A stretch of 63,095 nt of DNA, counting the filler, from Octopus bimaculoides (lineage: Eukaryota): assembly GCF_001194135.2 (NCBI RefSeq). It is 8 parts of 7 records of this genome, joined end to end, with 100 filler letters (N's around TTAATTAATTAA, not from the genome) between each part and the next. Parts side by side here need not be neighbours in the genome. Positions count along the whole stretch, not along the records: positions 21,921 to 51,828 come from NC_068998.1; positions 51,929 to 53,938 come from NC_069006.1; positions 54,039 to 56,123 come from NW_026430757.1; positions 56,224 to 58,211 come from NW_026426530.1; positions 58,312 to 63,095 come from NC_068987.1; 3 more parts are not named here. One strand, written 5' to 3'. The notes below the pieces were generated by a model. That model saw only the letters and a program-made list of their open reading frames with translations. It did not search any database and was not told the DNA's origin. The stretch's first letter is position 1. Each line of letters opens with the position of its first letter. Both the position numbers and the translations under genes were made by a program. Below, piece after piece: positions 50,753 to 63,095 of the stretch.

Positions 50753-51033
50753 ATATAAATACAGTGTACATTTAAACTCATATGAGGTGACCATCATAGG
50801 ACACCAAGCATGCTAGAAGAAATAGCCAAAATCCAAACCCCTATTAGGGATAAATCTCGAAGGGAATGAAAAATAAAAACATTTACCATCTACCTCCTGG
50901 AACATGAATTTATTTTTCATTCCCTTCGAGATTTGTCCCTAATAGTGGTTTGGATTTTGGCTATTCCTTCTCGCATGCTAGGTGTCCTATGATGGTCACC
51001 TCTTATGTGTTTAAATGTACACTGTATTTATAT
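50753..51033. repeat. Inverted repeat, ~125-bp arms and ~31-nt loop
   Basis: ATATAAATACAGTGTACATTTAAAC..GAGGTGACCATCATAGGACACC...GAAGGGAATGAAAAATAAA and its reverse complement. The loop is at 50878-50908. Confidence 0.95.
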
Positions 51034-51134
51034 GAATAATATATAGTCTATTGACTAGTTTTCTACATGCTAGGCCACTGGTAGTGAAAAATTTCTAAAA
51101 TTTTTTCTTACCCTGATATTTATTAATTATATAT

Positions 51135-51810
51135 GTAATAACATAAATAATATATAAATATAGGCATATATACATACATATATGTACATACATACATACA
51201 TATGTATATATACATGTATATATACATGTATATATGGTTACAGGACATAAAAAAAACGTAGACACAATGAGAAATGAAAACATAAAAACAAAAACATAGA
51301 AAACGAACATCTTTCCGAACAATGGAAAAAAAACAAATAGAGAAACGAGACATGCAGCACAAAGGACATTCCCTTCATCAGTTGTCCCCTGTTTTATCTA
51401 CTCTGCATTTCAAAGATAAGGACAGTACATGACTTTGTTAAAACAGTCCTTCCCACAAAGCAAATTAAATAAAATTTGGGATTTTTTTGCGGAGGGTGAA
51501 AGTGGTAACAAGCAGGACGGTGAGAACAAGACAGTAAAAACAAACAGTGAGGGCTGTTAAGCCAAGACGATGGGGGACAACTGATGAAAGGAATGCTCTT
51601 TATGTTGCATGTCTTATTCTCTGTCTTTTTTGTTGTTCGAAAAATGTTCGTTTTCTGTTTTTGTTTTTGTTTCTTATTGTGTCTACGTTTTTTTTTATGT
51701 CCTATACCCATATATGCATATATATATATATATATACATATATATGTAAGTATGTACATATATGTATATATATATATGCATATATTTATATATTATTTAT
51801 ATTATTATAT
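51135..51810. repeat. Inverted repeat, ~255-bp arms and ~180-bp spacer
   Basis: GGACATAAAAAAAACGTAGACACAAT...TTCATCAGTTGTCCCC (51243-51388) pairs with GGGGACAACTGATGAA...ATTGTGTCTACGTTTTTTTTATGTCC (51572-51703). The match extends into the TA-rich flanks. Confidence 0.9.
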
Positions 51811-52001
51811 GATCAAATGCCACGCATCNNNNNNNNNNNNNNNNNNNNNNNNNNNNNNNNNNNNNNNNNNNNTTAATTAATTAANNNNNNNNNNNNNNNN
51901 NNNNNNNNNNNNNNNNNNNNNNNNNNNNTAGCGAAATACCGCTAAACATTTCGTCCAACATGCTAACGATTGCGCTAGCTCACCGTCTGAATAATAATAA
52001 T

Positions 52002-52094
<93 letters not shown>

Positions 52095-52276
52095 CCTTTC
52101 TACTAGAGGTACAAGGTCTGAAATTTTGGGAGGAGGGACAAGTCGATTACATCGAACCCAGTACTTAACTGGTACTTAATTTATCGACCTCGAAAGGATG
52201 AAAGGCAACTCATAACATAGCGATGGGCGAAATACCACCAAGCATTTCGTCCAGCGCGCTAACTATTCGCCACTGT

Positions 52277-52930
52277 AGGGTAGGACAGTATTTACAATGG
52301 AAAATATGTAAACACTACACAATCAACGCTCCTGCTTACTGGTATGAACAATATCCTGAGCCAGTCGTTGAAGGTAAAATATGTCACTATCCTCTGGGAT
52401 TTTCCAGTCAACACCGACGGAACGATCCAGTCTAATCGACCAGACATTGTCATTAAAGATTAGGAAGAAAATATTTATAGACTAATAGATGTAAGTGTTC
52501 TCCTTGATAAGAATATATCTGTAACGGAATTTGACAAATTAAGTAAATATAAGGACCTGAAAAGTGAAATACAAAAAAATATAGGATCTTAAAGTGAGAA
52601 CTGTTCCTGTTATTATGGGTGCCCTGTTATTGTGGGTTATTGTGGTATAAGAAAGGGATGTCAAAAACGCATAGAAAATATCCCGGGAGAACCATGTCTC
52701 ACAGGAATCCCAAAAATTGTGCTAACAAGTATTGCCCACATCCTTAGAAAAACCCTATCAATTTAAATGTCAGTGTTGTATTGCATGAAGATTTTTCGCT
52801 ACTGTCCGTGCCACTTCCCCTCCGCAAGCTTTCAGTCATACTGTAACAACTCTTATCCTTCACTCGCCCCAGGACGGTGAGTGTGTCTCGGCAAGTGATT
52901 GAAACAAACAGGCAAGTTAAAAGTAAATGA
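52277..52930 (+). mobile_element. R4/Dong-like non-LTR retrotransposon 3-prime end (restriction-like endonuclease)
   Basis: RVGQYLQWKICKHY...WYEQYPEPVVEG..VTILWDFPVNTD.TIQSNRPDIVIKD..LIDVSV...KLSKYKDL...VPVIMGAL...KIVLTSIAHILRKTL, a PD-(D/E) RLE. The 3-prime UTR ends in TAA repeats. Confidence 0.85.
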
Positions 52931-54038
52931 TAATAATAATAGTAAGAAGAAGAAGAAGAAGAAGAATCCTTTCTACTATAGGCACAAAGCCTGCAATTTG
53001 GTGGGAGGGAGACTAGTCGATTAAATTTCCCAGCGTCCTGCTTATACATAATTATTCGATAGTTATTAAATGAAGTCATTATTTATAGATGCTTACATTT
53101 TTTATGTTTTCTGTGAATAATAATAATAATAATTCTGCTTGTCATTGCGTTGCTTAGCTCGTCGCTAACGCTTTTGCGTGATTAAAGAGAAAGAGGGAGA
53201 GAGGGGAAAAGGGAAGGAGCAAAAGAGGAACCCACCCCCCTCTTTCGCTCTTGGACCCCCTCTTTGTATTGTCTTGTTATCGTCCCCTTTGTACAGCTCA
53301 TGTGGCTAATTTTAAATAAAGTGATCAGATATTTGTGCCGAATATGAGTTCACTATGTCCATCAATTCGACGTTGCCTGTGCAAATGCATTATGTACCCA
53401 CACGTCACGTGTCGAAGTGATCGCAGAGAACAACGCACTACCCGGTCTAGGAATTGAAACTACGATCTCGTGAGCGTGCGTGCAACACCCTAAACGCTAA
53501 GCCATGTGCCCTCACGCACCATAAAATACAGCCAGCTTTAAAAAATAAGGCAGGGAAACGAACAGAGAAAGTCTGTCTTGTTTTTTGTCCGCCACTACAT
53601 TCCTCCATGGCTAGATTTAATTTGCGTATACAGATTTAATCTGCGATCCATGGGACGAGCCGTTTTAACGTTGCGTCCTGCCCGAAGCTCGTCGAAATGC
53701 CGGTGTTAAAACGTGGGTAGCTGATGAAGTAGAATGTTCTCTATGTGGCTCGTGTGTTCTCGTCTACGTTTGTTTGCAATGTCCTGTACCCAGATATGCA
53801 CCTATACATACAGGTGGATGTCGGTATGCACATACCTGTACGTATATATGCATATACTCATTTACTTTTGTTTTTACATGATTGAACGCAGCGTCTCACA
53901 AAAATTGTAAGTAGTTCGTAAACTTATCCTCCGACGCTNNNNNNNNNNNNNNNNNNNNNNNNNNNNNNNNNNNNNNNNNNNNTTAATTAATTAANNNNNN
54001 NNNNNNNNNNNNNNNNNNNNNNNNNNNNNNNNNNNNNN

Positions 54039-54082
<44 letters not shown>

Positions 54083-55455
54083 GATGACGCTTGTGTGTGT
54101 GTGTGTGTGTCCTCAAACCCCACTGGGAACAGCTTTTACTTCCATTATTCCGGATTCAGCAAAAATAATTAATATTCAAATACAAGAATCGATTCTGTGG
54201 GCCATTACAGTCCTCTCATTTCTTTCTCTGGAAATGTGAGGACCTCCACTGGTGCAGGTATTTATTGAGTAAATCTGGAATCATTGGAAAAAATAATATT
54301 GGTTTATATTGGCGGCAATTAGTCATTAAGAAAGTTCGGAGAAGAGCGTGTTACGTTCAGTTGCCATGAAGAGTAAGGTATATAACGTTTCGGATGTTTG
54401 TCCTTCATCAGAAAATGAAAGAGAGATAGAAAGTGGTATAGTGGTATTTTCGCTTGAATTGCATGCAAGCAGTTAAAGAAAAGAAGAAATTGAATTGAAA
54501 GAGATAAAGTGTGAGAGAAGAAGAGTGCAAGTGTTAATATATATNNNNNNNNNNNNNNNNNNNNNNNNNNNNNNNNNNNNNNNNNNNNNNNNNNNNNNNN
54601 NNNNNNNNNNNNNNNNNNNNNNNNNNNNNNNNNNNNNNNNNNNNNNNNNNNNNNNNNNNNNNNNNNNNNNNNNNNNNNNNNNNNNNNNNNNNNNNNNNNN
54701 NNNNNNNNNNNNNNNNNNNNNNNNNNNNNNNNNNNNNNNNNNNNNNNNNNNNNNNNNNNNNNNNNNNNNNNNNNNNNNNNNNNNNNNNNNNNNNNNNNNN
54801 NNNNNNNNNNNNNNNNNNNNNNNNNNNNNNNNNNNNNNNNNNNNNNNNNNNNNNNNNNNNNNNNNNNNNNNNNNNNNNNNNNNNNNNNNNNNNNNNNNNN
54901 NNNNNNNNNNNNNNNNNNNNNNNNNNNNNNNNNNNNNNNNNNNNNNNNNNNNNNNNNNNNNNNNNNNNNNNNNNNNNNNNNNNNNNNNNNNNNNNNNNNN
55001 NNNNNNNNNNNNNNNNNNNNNNNNNNNNNNNNNNNNNNNNNNNNNNNNNNNNNNNNNNNNNNNNNNNNNNNNNNNNNNNNNNNNNNNNNNNNNNNNNNNN
55101 NNNNNNNNNNNNNNNNNNNNNNNNNNNNNNNNNNNNNNNNNNNNNNNNNNNNNNNNNNNNNNNNNNNNNNNNNNNNNNNNNNNNNNNNNNNNNNNNNNNN
55201 NNNNNNNNNNNNNNNNNNNNNNNNNNNNNNNNNNNNNNNNNNNNNNNNNNNNNNNNNNNNNNNNNNNNNNNNNNNNNNNNNNNNNNNNNNNNNNNNNNNN
55301 NNNNNNNNNNNNNNNNNNNNNNNNNNNNNNNNNNNNNNNNNNNNNNNNNNNNNNNNNNNNNNNNNNNNNNNNNNNNGTTATATTGCTCTTTAAATCGATA
55401 ACGCTTCAAATTGTTTGCCCCAAAAATCTATTCTGGGACGGTGATAGGTTTGTCG

Positions 55456-55520
<65 letters not shown>

Positions 55521-56636
55521 CGTCGTCGTCGTCGTCGTCGTTTTGGTGGTGGTGGTGGTGGTTTCTAGTAGTAGTTTCCTTGTGGTTTGACCCACAAAGT
55601 GTATTCTAGAAGGGTAGAATTATGATTAGAGGTATTCCAGCCGTGAACATTGTGATTATATTTCAGTCAGTATACTTACGACTGATTATCTCTCAATATA
55701 TTTCTATTTTCTTAAGATGGTAGATAATTTAAGGGATATTTGGTTAGTATTTCTAGCATGAAGACCGACCACGTAGAGCACCTTTTTCAAAAAGCCATTT
55801 TGTTAAACGTGAAACTAAAGCGTGATGTGGGTGGAAACATTTCCCTGTTATTTTCAGTAGGTCGATCGAGCAACGAAGAGGTTCACATGTGCGGGAATAG
55901 GACTGAGGTGGTGGGGGATGAGATATTTGTTGGAACATCGGAAGGGGCGGAGGTGGGTTGTTAGTTGTATCATCCAGGGCTCGATTCTCCCCTCGTTTCC
56001 CACATGCAAACAATATATATATATACATGTATATACATAACTATGGTGCATATACATTTGTATATATGTATACATATACATATATATATATGTTTATATA
56101 TATAATTTATGCATGTGTATATANNNNNNNNNNNNNNNNNNNNNNNNNNNNNNNNNNNNNNNNNNNNTTAATTAATTAANNNNNNNNNNNNNNNNNNNNN
56201 NNNNNNNNNNNNNNNNNNNNNNNAAGTGAAAGCACGTTATAAAAATAAAACTACTGAACAATAATAATGAAAAAAATATATCCCTCAGTGGCTGACTATA
56301 TGTGCATCCCTCATCACGAGCAGCAGTAGTGGGGACGCGTTAAAGCCATGTGCTGACAAGAATTCTTTGAGGTTTGACTAGCTCACCTCTGGAAACATTC
56401 TTAAACAACCCTCATTCAAGGATCTTTTGAGCGGGATGGGCTATACAACCTGAAAAAAAAATGCTAACTGGTTCTCAGCTGCAAGGTCATACGCTGTTTA
56501 TCTTCATATGAAGTCACCATGTCGCGCACATATGGTTGTAATGCATGTGCCTGGTGTACCCTTATCAGATGGGTAGTCATGATGAGTACACTGGGCTTCG
56601 TATATTTGTATCCCAGTGTCATTTGCTCTTTCACTG

Positions 56637-56639
56637 TTA

Positions 56640-56714
<75 letters not shown>
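56637..56714 (+). repeat. (AAT)n microsatellite
   Basis: Direct reading. Many other (TA)n, (CA)n, (TAGA)n, (CATA)n, (GAT)n, (TAG)n and (AAC)n tracts occur throughout the window. Confidence 0.95.
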
Positions 56715-56715
<1 letters not shown>

Positions 56716-56727
56716 TTTTTAAAAAAA

Positions 56728-57554
56728 GGATTGACGTAACTCTTCACGAAGGTAAATAGTCAAAACGAAGAGCGCGATTTTAGATGTTTTATTTTTTGAA
56801 CAACATTTCGACAGAACGTCTGTCTTTNNNNNNNNNNNNNNNNNNNNNNNNNNNNNNNNNNNNNNNNNNNNNNNNNNNNNNNNNNNNNNNNNNNNNNNNN
56901 NNNNNNNNNNNNNNNNNNNNNNNNNNNNNNNNNNNNNNNNNNNNNNNNNNNNNNNNNNNNNNNNNNNNNNNNNNNNNNNNNNNNNNNNNNNNNNNNNNNN
57001 NNNNNNNNNNNNNNNNNNNNNNNNNNNNNNNNNNNNNNNNNNNNNNNNNNNNNNNNNNNNNNNNNNNNNNNNNNNNNNNNNNNNNNNNNNNNNNNNNNNN
57101 NNNNNNNNNNNNNNNNNNNNNNNNNNNNNNNNNNNNNNNNNNNNNNNNNNNNNNNNNNNNNNNNNNNNNNNNNNNNNNNNNNNNNNNNNNNNNNNNNNNN
57201 NNNNNNNNNNNNNNNNNNNNNNNNNNNNNNNNNNNNNNNNNNNNNNNNNNNNNNNNNNNNNNNNNNNNNNNNNNNNNNNNNNNNNNNNNNNNNNNNNNNN
57301 NNNNNNNNNNNNNNNNNNNNNNNNNNNNNNNNNNNNNNNNNNNNNNNNNNNNNNNNNNNNNNNNNNNNNNNNNNNNNNNNNNNNNNNNNNNNNNNNNNNN
57401 NNNNNNNNNNNNNNNNNNNNNNNNNNNNNNNNNNGATTGACGTAACTCTTCACGAAGGTAAATAGTCAAAACGAATAGCGCGATTAAAGACAGACGTTCT
57501 GTCGAAATGTTGTTCAAAAAATAAAACATCTAAAATCGCGCTCTTCGTTTTGAC

Positions 57555-57556
<2 letters not shown>
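56728..57556. repeat. Gap-flanking duplicated segment with an internal 48-bp inversion between 23-bp inverted repeats
   Basis: 56728-56779 repeats at 57434-57485. 56780-56827 is the exact reverse complement of 57486-57533. Confidence 0.9.
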
Positions 57557-57612
<56 letters not shown>

Positions 57613-57646
57613 GTAAACTAAGTGATGATGTTGACGATAATGGTGG

Positions 57647-57689
<43 letters not shown>

Positions 57690-58443
57690 AATGGCGACGA
57701 TAATGATGATGATACTGATGATGACGACGACGGTGACGATGATGGTGGTGGTGATGCTGGTGGTAGTAGTGATATAGTGACGACAGAGATGAGACGGTTA
57801 AAATGCGAGTGGCAGCAAGTGGATGCAAACTTTACCTTTTATGTAGAAAATAAAACGTCTTATGCACCGTACGCCCTACCAATATCTCACAAAGAGTGAA
57901 AAAAAAATAAATAAAACTAACAAATTATGAAGAATTACATCAACACACATGTAAAAAGAAAAAGCAGGGTGGAAACAGGTTAACTTTCAGAATGAAAGAA
58001 TAAAAAATAACAGTAAAACCAAACATGAAAAATGGCGGAACACCCATAGTCACAAAAATGCAATATAAGTTAATGTGAGCATGAACATTCTCAAGTTTAA
58101 CTCACACTCACAGCTTTACCAAAGATTCTTGGTGCTATGGAAGCGCTGTGAAAATTTTATCTAAAGACCCGTCCTCAAGGATATACATATACATGCATAC
58201 ATACATACACANNNNNNNNNNNNNNNNNNNNNNNNNNNNNNNNNNNNNNNNNNNNTTAATTAATTAANNNNNNNNNNNNNNNNNNNNNNNNNNNNNNNNN
58301 NNNNNNNNNNNACATGCATATATATATATGTGTGTGTGTTTATATATATATGTGTATATATATATATATATATATGTTTGTGTGCGTGTGTGTGCAGATA
58401 TATGTGTATATATATGTGCTTATAAATGTATATATATATATAA

Positions 58444-58516
<73 letters not shown>

Positions 58517-58592
58517 TTTATATATATGATTATATATGTATATATATATGCATATATATGTATATGTGTGTATATATATATGTATAAGTATG

Positions 58593-58626
<34 letters not shown>

Positions 58627-58819
58627 AAGAGCGCAGACACAGGCATACACACCCACACATGCAAACAGTAAGCTAAACGTGAGATTGTTTATATGATATT
58701 TTATATATTTTATTACATCATCTTATATGCGTCTTATTAAAGAATTGTGGTTATTTGTTGCATTCTATAAATTTAATAATTAAATTTCAATAGGCGAACA
58801 CACACACACACATACTTAC

Positions 58820-58850
<31 letters not shown>

Positions 58851-59355
58851 CATACATACATACATACATGAATGCAAGTGTGGGAGCGTGTTGTATTTTA
58901 TTTTATTCTGTCGGCTAATCTTTGCAGGAAGATGTGAGTGAGGAAGATCCGAAGCTACGTTTTTCTTTTTTCCATGGCGTTCTAAGATCCCAGCTATTTC
59001 CTCCAATCACGAGTATGATGATGATGATGATGAACGTCATTGTTTTTCCCTGTATAGGAAGTGATACTATACTTTTGAATCAACCAGTCTATTATTATTG
59101 GCACCTATTTTACCGACCCCTGCAGATAGAGATAACAAAGAAACGTACAGCTTCTGGCCATTTCAATACTTAATGTCGAGGCTTTGAAATAATACCCTGA
59201 AGCATCCAGTACAGCTGTTACCTTTCACTCGGCCCTACTTACAATACGCATGATGATGATAATGATGATGATAATGATGATGATAATGATAATGATATAT
59301 GTGTCTGCGTGCGTGCGCGTGCGTGTGTATGTAAATGTATGTAGATATGTATATT

Positions 59356-59393
<38 letters not shown>

Positions 59394-59399
59394 TGTGTG

Positions 59400-59441
<42 letters not shown>

Positions 59442-60113
59442 NNNNNNNNNNNNNNNNNNNNNNNNNNNNNNNNNNNNNNNNNNNNNNNNNNNNNNNNNNN
59501 NNNNNNNNNNNNNNNNNNNNNNNNNNNNNNNNNNNNNNNNNNNNNNNNNNNNNNNNNNNNNNNNNNNNNNNNNNNNNNNNNNNNNNNNNNNNNNNNNNNN
59601 NNNNNNNNNNNNNNNNNNNNNNNNNNNNNNNNNNNNNNNNNNNNNNNNNNNNNNNNNNNNNNNNNNNNNNNNNNNNNNNNNNNNNNNNNNNNNNNNNNNN
59701 NNNNNNNNNNNNNNNNNNNNNNNNNNNNNNNNNNNNNNNNNNNNNNNNNNNNNNNNNNNNNNNNNNNNNNNNNNNNNNNNNNNNNNNNNNNNNNNNNNNN
59801 NNNNNNNNNNNNNNNNNNNNNNNNNNNNNNNNNNNNNNNNNNNNNNNNNNNNNNNNNNNNNNNNNNNNNNNNNNNNNNNNNNNNNNNNNNNNNNNNNNNN
59901 NNNNNNNNNNNNNNNNNNNNNNNNNNNNNNNNNNNNNNNNNNNNNNNNNNNNNNNNNNNNNNNNNNNNNNNNNNNNNNNNNNNNNNNNNNNNNNNNNNNN
60001 NNNNNNNNNNNNNNNNNNNNNNNNNNNNNNNNNNNNNNNNNNNNNNNNNNNNNNNNNNNNNNNNNNNNNNNNNNNNNNNNNNNNNNNNNNNNNNNNNNNN
60101 NNNNNNNNNNNNN

Positions 60114-60155
<42 letters not shown>

Positions 60156-61801
60156 GAAAGATAACATGAAAGTGTATAATCTACTATAGAGAAAATCAAC
60201 TTGTTTTAAATCTCTGAGCGAGAGATATACAGTAACCGTACCGGCAATATTGAAAGTGGTTAGGAAAAAAAAAACAACTCATGTAGAATATTGATGAAGC
60301 ACCCTGTAAAAGAATGCCACGCACATTGTTTTACAGGGTGCAGAACGCCTTATACCTTGAAGTTTTTCTCTTAAAATAACATTAGTCTATTGCAGTTACG
60401 CAGAACCTGAAACTTGGGGGATTCCTATTGTTCTGAGTCTTTTATTGTTATTTATTATTCTAACATTAGCTGCTTGCGTGAAAATTCTTCGGGAATTTTG
60501 AACAATTTAGGATTGTTTATAGTTTAGAGATAACCACAAAATACTTGATTTCTTTTGACCTTTATTTAAAATTTTAAAGCGTTTGAATTTTTGAGAGCCT
60601 TGAAAAATCAACATGGGCCGTGGGGGACGCGACAAGCTTAAGAAAGATCATCTTTGATAACTATATTCATTGTTATACACTTGTTGTCTCTACAATCTTA
60701 AGAGACGTTATCTTTTATTTTCATCTTTATATCAAACAGTAAACTATCTTAACAAGTGAACAATATCAAAGATACGGCGCACACGTAGTGAAAGGTTTCA
60801 CAAATCTGAATGCGTTTATAAGAAACAAGACAAAGTAGCCGAACTGAACCTACAGTCCTATTGAGTAATATACGGTAGCTGCTCCACTGACCTGTATATT
60901 CTAATATGAAATGTATAACTTTTATATACCATAATTTGTAGAAACAGTATATTTATCAATCGTCATACGAATAACATAAATACTGTAAAATGTATGTATA
61001 ATCGATTATGTCACCGTTTGTTTTGTAGCAGGAAAAGATATTATCGATTACATATATTATCAGAGAAGAAGACGATGAATTGGTAGTTACTAAGGTATCG
61101 GTTATAGTGTTTCATAGTGTTTCTTTCCTTTCGACTCCGTTCACCATGAGTTTAAAACCCGTGTGAGTCAACTGCGCTGTTCAGCGTTTTGGGACATCAC
61201 AAAATGGCCTAACGAAAGTGTGAGATACGCAGGATTGTGAGATACGCAGGAAAATGGATTCTTCAAGAATCGGTTAACGGTAACGGTAATAGGTCTCTAG
61301 GCTGAGAAGGAGTGAGGCACTGATTGGTGTAATATTTTAATCACGTTAGCGCAAAATACTGAGAAAGAATCGTTGGACCACCAGAAAAAATGCGTTGCGG
61401 TATTTTTGGTACGGGCATTTAGGTTCTGAGTTAACATCTTTTTCAGGTCAACTAATTTTATAATTCGTGAGTTAGTAAAATAAAGGTCCTTCATCGTACT
61501 AGTTGGGTTGTACAACCACCGACGAAAATGTGAACCCTTAAGCTGATTTTAGTTATTACTATCGTTTTCTAACTTTGGTATAAGAAATAGATGGAGCCGA
61601 TTGATACTAGCATCTTCAACATAATGTATTCACTTCCATTCTGAGTGGCATGTTGGGTGGTCCGACAGCAGTGACAGTGGCACATTAGTTTCTTTCTGTA
61701 AGAAGCGCTCGTAACCCATCACTAAACATTTCTTTATTTCTGAAGAAAAGGGAGACCGTCTGAATTGTGTACCAGGAGTCATTTTACAACTCGATGTAGC
61801 A

Positions 61802-61853
<52 letters not shown>

Positions 61854-62781
61854 TGAGAGAGAGTGGGAAACAAAGGAAGTAGGAAAGATAGAAAGAAGCA
61901 GAGAAAAAGGGAGAGAGAAGTGAGAGAGAGAGAGAGAGAAGGGTAAGAGAGAAAGAAGGGACAGAGAGAGAAGGAGAGAGAGAAACAAAGTGAGAAGAAG
62001 TATCCCAGTTCTTGACCGATGTTTTTAGAGCCCGGCTGGATTCGAAATCAGAACGTAGAGAGTAGGAACAAATGCCGCAAGGCATTCTATCCGACACTTT
62101 AACACTTCCGAGTTTTTCAATATTTGCAGGGAATAAATGGCTAGAAGTAATTCCGGCAAGATTTCAAATGAAATGTAAAATAGAAAAGAACTCACAAAAT
62201 CTAGACAGGCATTTAGTTAGATAATTCAAAATTTTTCAATCCCACAAAAAGATTTTACATGCAGCACCGTCTAAAATTAGGGCCTCCTGGGGAAATAATC
62301 TACATATGGTGTGGTTTTTAGTCTTTAATCAAATAATATATACTTCATTCCATTGTTTTGCACGGAGACCTTTAATGCTTTTAAATGACCACCCTGCTCA
62401 TATGAACATTATGAGTTCTTACTTGACAAAAGCTCGAGGCCACGCGCAATATTTTGGTGGGTTTAAGGTTGATTGGAATGCTCGGACGAGTACGTGCGCC
62501 TGAGTATCAAACTCCGAGTAGACAACAAGGAGAGTAACTGAATATGAGAGATGAAACACTAAGCTATCAACTGTGTAATTATTTTATTAATTAGAAGTAA
62601 AACGTCACTGAATATATATGATGCATATGTATACACACATACATGTAGAGGCATTCACACATTTCCATAGACATGCACATACATACTTCCCACAAATATC
62701 TTACAGCATAAGCTAAGATCGGCGAAACAATGAAACAATTCGTCAAATTTATGTATGCTTATATATATATTTAAACATGTA

Positions 62782-62863
<82 letters not shown>

Positions 62864-63095
62864 TATTTATGTAATGTATGTATAAACACAGGTATATACA
62901 TACGTGTGTGGATGTGGATGTGTGTGCGTGTGTGTTTGTGTGTCTATTGAGAGCGATGTATAAAAATTGTAGTCGTCAACTAAACGTGATTAAAGGTGTT
63001 AAGACATCTACATTCCTATAATAAGAGCTAAAATCCTCCAATGCTGTTATAAAGCGCATAGCATATACGCAATAGCTTCGAATATATATATATAT

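Noticed and set aside
6972-53515. tRNA-like A/B-box sequences as tRNA genes
   Set aside because: Each continues into SINE body sequence and none forms a complete cloverleaf.
55740-55964. 74-aa ORF with ordinary composition
   Set aside because: Starts at a non-ATG codon and has no motif or splice support.
57514-57828. His/Ile-rich ORF
   Set aside because: Translation of (GAT)n and (AAT)n microsatellites.
8880-58267. Identical TTAATTAATTAA 12-mers recurring like a repeat array
   Set aside because: Always centred in 100-bp N gaps. This is an assembly linker, not CRISPR or a biological repeat.
2767-60199. Long ORFs of 150-350 aa in the track (for example 2767-3750, 20579-21508, 26861-27646, 29053-30079, 54495-55568, 59225-60199)
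   Set aside because: They are open only because they run through N-gaps and (TA)n/(CA)n tracts.
61030-61515. CpG-rich stretch with possible exon KRYYRLHIIREEDDELVVTK and a 72-aa minus-strand ORF
   Set aside because: No in-phase neighbouring exon and no recognisable domain.

Overview
AT-rich, repeat-dense eukaryotic (animal) genomic DNA from a fragmented draft assembly. The SINE families match those I recognise from octopus (Octopodidae) genomes; this taxon call is an inference. No complete protein-coding gene can be reconstructed. Nearly all long ORFs in the track are artefacts of N-gaps or microsatellites. Supported content: (i) decayed DNA transposons (maT/DD37D-type, Tc1, mariner, piggyBac, Chapaev3-like, and MITEs); (ii) several Penelope-like retroelement (PLE) remnants, some with minimal hammerhead-ribozyme motifs; (iii) R4/Dong-like, L2/CR1-like and RTE-like LINE remnants; (iv) many tRNA-derived SINE copies; (v) at least five long inverted repeats or hairpins; (vi) two CpG-depleted blocks (~9.5-18.1 kb and ~21.9-50.8 kb) that look like methylated gene bodies and hold a few candidate minus-strand exons, one RING-finger-like and one with an in-frame TGA. 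Seven 100-bp gaps carry an artificial TTAATTAATTAA linker, so adjacency across them is uncertain. I found no convincing wholly new system. The best leads are the PLE-hammerhead cassette, the long dsRNA-forming foldbacks, a possible microinversion, and the cryptic minus-strand gene.
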